Assembly (NCBI GenBank): GCA_965644315.1
Contig: CBFFRQ010000047.1
Span: 1-64,000 of the forward strand
Source of the DNA: Caecitellus pseudoparvulus
Taxonomy: Eukaryota > Protista > Bigyra: Bicosoecida
DNA: 64,000 nucleotides
Direction of reading: 5' to 3'
Shown: in pieces, positions 55,418 through 64,000 of the stretch
Numbering within the stretch: position 1 is the first letter of the stretch
Layout of the letters: every line of letters starts with the position of its first letter
Notes under the pieces: model-generated
Database searches by the model: none
What the model saw: only the letters and a program-made list of their open reading frames with translations
Told to the model about the DNA's origin: nothing
Program-made: the position numbers and the translations under genes

Positions 55418-57364
55418 TCAGCCGGACAGCGCTGAGCGGACAGGAACGGAGTCGCCCGCGTGCCTCTGGCGCTGCAGGCGGGTCGCGATGTCCATGAACT
55501 TGGCAGCCGCTTCGACTGCCTCCCTTCTAGGCAAGCCGCTGCCCCACAACACCTTCTCAGCAAGGCGCTCCCATTGGTCGGAGGCAGTTTCCCGCCTCAT
55601 TTGCAACAAGTACTGCCCCAGCACCTCAGCGTTGGCCAGTGCTGCCTTCTGCAGACACCTTGCCGCATGAAATGCCTTCCTTGCCTTCGTGTATGCTGGC
55701 ACTGCCGAATGCAGGACGTAGTCCTCGACGCGGTGCCTGAGCAAGCCATTCTCCACCGTGCAGGGGATGGCATCGTTCACATGCATGTCTAAGGCACCCA
55801 CAGGCGTGCCTCCAATGAGCAGCACCGTGGCTGGCACATTCGTATCCAGCGGGCTCCCTGAGTCGGGTGGCAGTGCCGACGGTGGCTGCTGTCGGCTCTC
55901 AAAGGCTTCTGCGAGGAGCGGGCGCAGGCTGCACGCGAGCGTACCGCGACATTTTGCACAGCTTCCGCACCATGAAGTGCTGTGAAGTTCGTCACAGTCA
56001 AGGCCTCTTGAAGCTGCCGGGCACTTGCTTCGTGGCCCGGCTCCTGAGCCATGCGGTGCACCAAGTCCTTCACAAACGCCCACCGGGCGTGAGAACCCTG
56101 TGGGGAGTTACAGCCAAGGACAAGTCTCAGGCGAGCAACGCGCACGGGACGCTTTCCTGACTCACCCTTGGAGCCTGCGGGTGGTGGATTTGCACCAAGT
56201 CCACAAATAGCTGCAGTTGTTCTCGGTGACCCGTGCGCCACGCCGCCCGGTCTTCCAAACGCAGAAGCGTTGGCCACGCATCCACAGCCCCCACGGAAGC
56301 CGTAATGGTCACCACTGGCCTTGACTGCTCCACACCAGCTGCGACTTGCATGAACAGGTGCCTGCCTGCTGCAGAGTCCACCAGAATGGTCGGGATTCCA
56401 ATGTCCAGCGCCTCCTCATCTCCAGCTGGCTGCACCAGGCCGACCGTCACTTCCCTTGGCAAGTCAACTGTTGCAGCAGCCCCATAGCTGCCATAGTTTG
56501 CGATGACAGTTGCCAGTCCTCCAGCGCGCTCCACGATTCGGGTCTTGTTGACCATGGGACACTCTCCGCGCAGCACGAGCACCAACCTGCACAGGAAAAA
56601 GGAGCGCTGGTGTCAACCCTGCAGCCCCAGCTACATCCACACGGCACGCACCGACCCTGCAGCTCGTTGAGCTCTGCCGGTGCTGCTTCGGTGCAAGCTA
56701 GCACATCGGGAAACATGACAAGCTCCGCGTTGCGCAGGTCCGTCGGGAGAGGTGGTCCAAACGTTGCCAAAGCGCCTTCAAAAGCAACCCCACCTGGCAG
56801 CTGCACCTCCACAGCAGAAGTTGGCGAAGGCTGCTCGGCGGTCGCCTGTGGCTCGGACCCGGCAGGCTGCGATATCGGCACGCAGCCCTCCCCTGGTGTG
56901 TGAGTCTGGACGTGCCCAAGCCGACCCTCCTTGGCAAGCTGAAAGAACACCTCAGCGGAAGCATTGCGAACCATGATCCCTGGTATGTGTAGGTCGACCA
57001 TGTCCCCGCTGGCCTTGCCTGCTGGCATTCTGAGGAGGCCCGGCTCGCTGTTCGCGACGATCAGGAGCGACGCATTGGACGCCTGAGCCTGCACCATTTT
57101 GTCATAGAAGCTGCACTTTCCTCTTTGCACCAGCAGGGCGCGCCCATCGGCGCCGCTAGCCAGTTTACATCCGTGCGTTTCAGCTGGCACCACCACGTCA
57201 AGCTTGGCACAGGAGGGGAGGCCACCAAAGTCGGCACGGAAGAACTCAACGCTTGTGGCGAGCCCGTGAATGTACAGGTTCCCATGAATCATTGTGGCAG
57301 GACTTGCGTGCTCGGCCCGAGCTGCTGTCGCTGCTAGGCAGCACAGTAGAGCCAGTGCCAGCAT
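55418..57364 (-). CDS. Secreted protein with two tandem protease-associated (PA) domains and an unknown C-terminal region
   Basis: Signal peptide MLALALLCCLAATAARA; PA1 ALLVQRGKCSFYDKMVQAQASNASLLIVAN..IPGIMV; PA2 LVLRGECPMVNKTRIVERAGGLATVIAN..IPTILV. The 3' exon joins (to stop 55418) are inferred; the gene could end at 56127. Confidence 0.65.
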
Positions 57365-57619
57365 ACTTCGTGGTGAAACGCGGTTTGCGCATGTGCCTGC
57401 AGAGAGGTGCCACATTCCCCCACGCGTCCTGCGCAAATTCGCACATTTGAAGTCTCTGAATGTCGCAAGTGAGAAGGGGGTGCATGTTTTGCTCACCTCT
57501 CGACCCTGTCCAGCCTCCCAACGCCCGCGCTTGCCGTGACGCACGGGGCAAGTGACCTCCACGTGCTTGGCCTCCTGCCTGGTCAACCTGGGAAACCCGC
57601 GCAAGATTCCAGCACGCTA

Positions 57620-60600
57620 ATGCCCCCCACCAACGTGGTCGTTTGCACTGCGCTGCTGCAGCTTGCCTGGCTGTGGGGGCAAAGCGCGGCAGCAGATTGG
57701 AGGTGCGTGCACCTTTCAGTCAAGGCGGAAGCGAGCTTCCGCACACACACTTCGTCCTGCTCAGGCAAGGGGCCCTGTACTGGCGGAAGCAAGGCAGTTC
57801 GAGTGTTTTCCTTGAGTTGCATGTCGAACTGTAGGTACTGCCTACGCCCACGGCTGCTACAGCCAAGCTGACGCCATCCATTTGCCTGCGTTGCACAGGG
57901 AAGCCACCACAGTTAGCCTGGTGCCATTGTCTGAAGGGTACGTGCACCTCACCGCAAGGCCTGCATACGTCTTGCACTGACTTTCCCCACATCACATGAG
58001 ACAGACAGGTTGACTTTGGGGATGGAACACCCATCACGACGTTGACTCGGCAAGGGAGTGCACAAGCAGGGCATGCTGGGAGGGTCGTGGCCACATTCGG
58101 CACTGCACACACATACTCTACGCTGGGGGTTTATGACTGCACGTTCAACTCCTCGTCGCTCAGAGGAAGCAGCTGGGCGCCTGCAGCCATGGCCGGTCAG
58201 CCAGCACAACTCAGCACACGTGTCAACCTACTTGCCCTCCCAAACAACCCAGCACCTCCCATCCCACTCGCGCCGATAGGGCTGAGGCTGCTTGCTGAGC
58301 AGAATGCTAGAGTTTACGTCCATGCGACTGATCCCCAGTCCCGAGGGCCGAACATCGGCGTCACGTTCTCCTATGATCCAGACCACAGGATGCCCCCCAT
58401 CACGAGCGGCTTTGAGATGATGCTGGCCGAAGCCCTTCTGTTTCTGGACGCAAGAGAAGCCCAGCTGGCTTCTGGACTCGGGCTCTACTCCATCCCAATT
58501 CGCGTTGCTGATGCTGATCACTTCTCTGAGCTGGATCTTGCGGTGGAGTTCGTGGTAGCCAACGGCCGCTGTGAGTCTGCGGTGGATGCGACTGGCGCAA
58601 GCACCTGTCGAGCCTCAGACACCGACACTTCCTGCACGAGCACGTCGACTTGCACTTCTTGTACCTCCTTGCTGGCATGCACGCCGCAGCGCGCAGCATT
58701 CTTCACCAGTGCAGGCCTAGATAGCCTTGTGTGTCTGCAGACAGGCGGTGCCGCCGAGACCTTCAACCTGCTGGCGGAGCACGTTTCCAGCACGTCCCCA
58801 CAAGTCTTGTTGGGTGTCGGCGCCCCGGCAGCCCAAGGAGCGACAGTCGCATCAGTGTCCCAACTGACCTCTTCTACAGTCAGTGTAGAGATTGAGCTGA
58901 ACCCGACCAATGCGGCGCCGGGAATCCGCAGCCTACCTGTGCAACTGGCGACCAGCGACACTGCTTCACAGCCAGCCGCTCCCAGGCTGTTGACGTACCT
59001 GCTGGAAGACTCTTCTGCGCCGTTTGCAGCCCCAACGGCTGTGGCAAGCGTCTTTCCTGCCACGTACACTGCAACGGGCGCCACTTCCGTCGCCGTGTCG
59101 GGCAGTGGCTTCCTCAACACCGCTGGGCTGCAGTGTCAGTTCCGCCTGGACGGCCAGACTAAGGTGGTCACCACGTCGGCGACCTTCTCTAGTGCTAGTG
59201 TAGTGCTTTGCACACTTCCAAAGCGGGCCGACTTACACGACGCGGGTCTGGACGACGAAACCGTCACCAGCGTGGCAGTCTCGGTGAGCAACTTCGGACC
59301 TTGCGGAGCCCACACCTTTGCAACGCTCACAGGGGCTTTCAATTACGTCAACGCATGCCCAGCAGGACACCACCTGAACTCTGCAAAGACAGCCTGTGTT
59401 GCGTGCCCCGCGGGGCGGTACAATCCCAACACTGGCTCTGAAAGCAGCAGCGCCTGCATCGCTTGTGCTGCGGGACGGTACGGAGACTCAGAAGGAGAAG
59501 CATCCGAAGACTGCACTGCTGTGTGCCCAGCTGGCTTCTACTGCCCCGAGGGCTCTGCCTCTGGCACTTCTACGCCCTGTGCGCCAGGCTTCTTTGGCGT
59601 GGAAGGGCGTTCAACCCCCTCTTGCTCTGGCCAGTGCGCCCCGGGACACTTCTGCAACCCAGCATTCGGCCCGCAGACAACTGCAACACCGTCAGGCCAA
59701 CTCTGCAGTCCTGGAAAGTATGGAAAGGAGGGTGAAGTCAACGCAGCATGTTATGGGACGTGCTTTGCAGGTCACTTCTGCCCACAAGGCACCTCGGAAG
59801 CCACGATGCTAGTCAACACTTGTGGCTCTGGCGCGGCAGCTTGCGGTCCTGGCGCGATACCTCGGACGACCTACTGCCCATACGGCTCGCATCAAGTAAG
59901 CTGCGCTGTACCGGGGAGGTACACCAGAGGTGGATACAGCGATGGAACCCAAACTGGCTTGGGGACGGCTTGGGCGGGCCGCTATGCGACCGGGGACGGC
60001 GTGCTCCGCCCTTGCCCTGCAGGCAGGTATGGCAACGTGAACAGCCAAACAAGCGCAGCTTGCACAGGGCTTTGTCGGCGTGGGTATCACTGCCCAGAGG
60101 CATCCGACTACCCAACGTTTCGGAAGTGCACTGAGGGCCTTGGGGGAGACTATGAGACCAACCCTGCTGCGTACTACTGCTTGGAAGGCACGACACCACC
60201 AAGTGGTTGTGCTACGTGCTTCCCAGAGACAGGGCCGAAGCATGTGAATGCGTCGTACTACTCAACTCCTGACGGTTCTTCCTCAGATGAAAAAACTCGC
60301 ACAGGGCAGGCTCCTTGCTCTGAGAGAGAGGTGTGCATCTACGAAACCGGACTTCGGCGGGCCAGACTGGAGATCACGAGCGGCAGCTGCCAAACCGGCT
60401 ACCTCACTCGGTATCAAACTTGGAACCCTGATACGCACGTGGCACTCTCAGAGAATCAAGACGTTGGGACCGCTGTCATTGACATCCCTATCCGCACCTG
60501 GGTGGCAGGTGCCGTGCCCACTTCAACCATTGTCGTGCACGAAGCACTCAGCACCTCTGGAGTGCCGACGACAGACTGCGGTAGTGGGTTTGCTGATGAA

Positions 60601-63600
60601 CGCATGTTTCATCTTGACGTCGTGAACGAAGGAGGGGACCCCCCGACGTACCGGCTGCAAGTGTCCACAGCCGCGTGGCACAACTTCGAGCGCTGCTCTT
60701 CAGTGAGCATGTCTCTGGAGACAACCGTCGTGGACAGTGCCAACTTCTCCTCCAGTCTTTCTTGCCTTGTTGAATACCAAATCAGAAACTTGAATGACCC
60801 TGTGGAGTTTCAAAAATCCCTACTGGAGCGCAGTATCCCAGAACTGTCTGAGCAAGGTGACGCAGCGGGAGCAGAGGTGTCCCGTTCCTCTTCCCTCGAA
60901 GACCTTGGCTCGCCTGGCCTCGAACTGTTCGATGAGGACGCCTTTCAAGGCATGAATTTTTCCATAGTGTCTGGGAATGAGCAAGATCTATGGCTCATGC
61001 TGTCTTGCTCCGGCCAAGTCAAGGCCAAGCAGCAAGACTCTTCACTGCTCAGCTTCGAGGACCAGCCAGTGCACACTCTCGGCATCCAAGTATGTGACGA
61101 TGGGCGACCTGACTCAAACATCACTTGCGATACATCGGTTGTGAACATCACCTTGACTGATGTGAACGAGCCACCTGTGTTTACCGGGCCGTCTTTCATC
61201 CTCGCCGTGGCAGAGAATAGCCCGGCCGGCACGCTCATGACACCTGCAAAGCCACCTCTGCTTGACCCCGACTTCCCCACCTATCTGTCCAACAGCGAAA
61301 GTGAATACTCCATTCTAGACGATGGGGGGGGGCTGCTGCAGGTTGTTGGCGGGGAGTATGTCGCCACAAGTGAGCTGGACTACGAGGCTGTCGTGGCAGC
61401 ACGGGCCTCTGACTCCATTTTCATTGTGCTCCAAGCGTGTGACAAGATGGAACCAAACCCCGCATGCTCCTCGTCAAACTTTCGCTTCAACGTCCTTGAT
61501 GCAAACGACCCCCCCATCGTGCCAGCGCAGAGCCTCTCCATTGCGGAAAACGCGGCCAACGACACAGTCGTCGGATCAGTCTTCTCCCTGGACCAGGACT
61601 TCAATGCCAACCACTCCTTCTCCATCGTGAGCTGGCAAGCAGGAACCAACTGGACGCAGCCAGAACTGAACCCCTTCTTCAAAAACGTGACCCTCCCCGT
61701 TGAGGAGAACCCATTCTATCTGGGGACGCCTCAGCGCTTGCCAGGACTCCCAGGCCAGCCTCAGACACGATGGGAGGCGAAGGTGTACTTCAGGGGCCCT
61801 CCACATGCTATGGACTTTGAGAACGTCGCCATCTACCTGCTAGAAGTGGAAGTGGCGGACTCTGGCCACATATCTGCCTCTGCCCTGCAGGCAAGCCCAA
61901 GCGCTCTCGCACCGCTTTCCTCAGCAGGAACTCTACAAGTGCTGCTCATTGACGTGAATGAACCGCCAGAGCTGCAGGACAGCACGGTTTCTATCTCAGA
62001 GAATCTTCCCCCAGGCTCCCCGTGCACTGTGCTGCCTGCTCCCTCCACGTGCGCGTCCTGCATTCGTGCAAGTGAGCCAGACTCTGGGCCAGGAGGTCGG
62101 CCAGCGAGCGGCCACAACCCGCAGGTCATTCAGTACGCCCTGCTGAATGCTGCCAGCGTCCCGTTTGCCATTGATGTTTTCACAGGCGAGTTGACTTCCA
62201 CGTCCACGCTGAATTTTGAGGGCTCTGCATCATACACGCTGACCATCAGCGCCAGCGACGCACCTCCCACCGGACCTCCTCTGTCCCAGAGCAAAGATAT
62301 CACTGTCAACGTCATTAACATGAATGAGCCGCCAATCCTCACTGAGGGTCAGTCGTTTTCAGTTGCAGAGAACTCTGCGGGTGGCACAGTCGTGGGGACG
62401 GTCGACATGCTCGACCCGGATTTCCTCTCCACGGTGGGGGGAGCCGAGAGTCATAGCTGGAGCATCGAGCCACCTCACGATGCCTTTTCAATCTCGCCGA
62501 CAGGGAGTATCCTCGTTGTAGCCGATGCGTTGACGACGCCTCGTGCCTCCACCCTTGACTTTGAGGTGTTGAACTTTGTTCAGCTCTCCGTTGCAGTGCA
62601 GGACCTGGCCGGCAGCAATGACACAACCACCGTCTCCATCAGCATCACTGACGTGAACGAGCCGCCTCTTCCAACGACAGGAACGCTACGCTTCTCAGAT
62701 CTGCAGGAACCCTACATGATTGGCCGTCTCTCCGCTGTGGACTCAGAGCAAGCACCCGTCTCTCTGGTGTTCTCCCATGTTGATGTCGCTGGTGTGGGCA
62801 ACCTCTCAACCGCTCAATGTCAAACCCTGTTCCCACCCGCATCGGTGGCCATGAGTGGTGACGTAACCCTGCAGGCTGCAACGAAGCCCAGCATGTACTT
62901 TCGCAACGAGACCTGGTGCAACTTGACGTACTCGGTGACCGACGGTACATTCTCGGTGCAGCACTGGGCGCTTCTTGAACTCATGCCGTACAACGATCCT
63001 CCCATTATCGCGATGGGTGGGCATGTCGTTGTTCCTGAAGATGTTGGAACATCCACTCCCATTGTCCCCTTCATCTCGTGGTCTGACGGCAACATGGCCA
63101 CAGACGTGCACGAGTGGGTGATCACTTCGAGTGACCCCGCTTCAGGCCGCTCCCGCTTCAGAGTATCCAGCGGGGCTCAGATTTTTGTGAGATCCTCTCT
63201 GAACTTTGAAGACCCTGACTTGTTGGCAGCAGGGGGGAACTACTCACTGACGGTGCGAGTCACGGACAAGATGGGGATGTTTGACGAAGCAGAGTTCATT
63301 GTCACTGTGACAAACGTCAACGAAGCTCCTTTCGTGGTGCCAGTCTTTGAGCAAGCATGCACAGAGGAGAGTGAAGAGGGCCACCAAGTCGCGGTCCTAT
63401 CAGCTGTGGATGATGACCTTGGAGACACCCACACATGGGCCATCGAGCCCCTTCACGTCACCAACGCAGGAGCGTTTCCGCTGCGCATCAATGCCAGCAC
63501 GGGAGAATTAAGCATCTCAGGAGCAGCTCTAGTGAACATGAGTCTAGCTGAGGCGCTGGACTTTGAGGGGTTTTGGGGCGGCGTTGTTCCAGTGCGTGTG

Positions 63601-64000
63601 ACGGTGACCGATTCAGCTACCGCCCCGCTCTCCTCCACACTTCTCACCAGCATTCAAGTGGCAGACATCAATGAGAAGCCTTTTTTCTCTGTCCTTCCTG
63701 AACCCTCTCTGCCTGAGAGCGCTGTGGGAGTTGGTGCCGTCATCACCCGAGTGCAAGTGCAAGACCCAGATGTTGCCCCAGTAAACGCTTCGTGGTCTGC
63801 AATGACAATCTCCCTGGTGGCTGTTGATGGCGCTACGCAACAGACATTCTCCGTGCACCCAACCAGTGGTGACATCAGTGTGAACTTGCCCTCTCTGGAT
63901 TTCGAGCTGAATGACGTAGTGGTCATCACGTTGCAAGTTACAGACGGTGCCGGCCTCGCCTCGCTGGGAAATGTGACACTTCGCCTGACCAACGTCAACG
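57620..64000 (+). CDS. Large secreted/surface protein with PKD-like, IPT/TIG, Cys-rich (GCC2/ephrin-receptor-like) and ~10 cadherin repeats (3' end off window)
   Basis: Signal peptide MPPTNVVVCTALLQLAWLWGQSAAA; three 5' introns; open frame from ~58005 to the window end (not in the ORF track); VDFGDGT..HTYSTLGVY, VAVSGSGF..CQF..VVLCTLP, repeated CPAGxY/CxxGxxC, then repeated xEN, DxD, LDFE/LDYE and DVNEPP motifs. Confidence 0.9.

Noticed and set aside
5783-57604. Apparent frameshifts or pseudogenes in PTC7, PTEN, OSGEP, SDHAF2, NDUFB8 and others suggested by the ORF track
   Set aside because: The breaks examined are resolved by canonical GT-AG introns that restore conserved motifs in frame.
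1-64000. tRNA, rRNA, snRNA genes, transposons or endogenous virophage/viral insertions
   Set aside because: No cloverleaf or rRNA-like segment, no transposase, integrase or capsid motifs, and no long AT-rich island seen. Small ncRNAs in introns cannot be excluded without an Infernal search.

Overview
This window is eukaryotic nuclear DNA, not prokaryotic. It is GC-rich and very gene-dense, with about 27 protein-coding genes, short GT-AG spliceosomal introns concentrated near gene 5' ends, and small intergenic gaps. Flagellar genes (KIF9-type kinesin, CFAP144/FAM183-like) and a plant/protist-type NDUFB8 point to a flagellated protist, possibly a heterotrophic stramenopile; this is inference. 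Two of the largest genes run off the window edges and are missing from the ORF track: a GON4L/DUO3-like regulator (minus strand, left edge) and a large surface protein with PKD, IPT, Cys-rich and about 10 cadherin repeats (plus strand, right edge). Recognisable genes include PTC7, kynurenine aminotransferase, PUS10, histidine acid phosphatase, phytochelatin synthase, NDUFB8, NVL/Rix7, PTEN, KIF9, KAE1/OSGEP, eIF5A, MLH1, TRAPPC2, SDHAF2 and DPH3. The most unusual observations are: an enoyl-CoA hydratase/HAD phosphatase fusion ending in a PTS1 signal; an MSP-kinase-SH3 protein; a C2-like insert in kinesin-9; a non-metazoan cadherin; an intronless ~3,200-aa orphan ORF; convergent genes MLH1 and TRAPPC2 sharing one TTAA as both stop codons; and a recurrent TGCGGAAATTG motif near gene starts. 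I found no rRNA, tRNA, CRISPR array or mobile element. All family assignments are by motif recognition, not database search.
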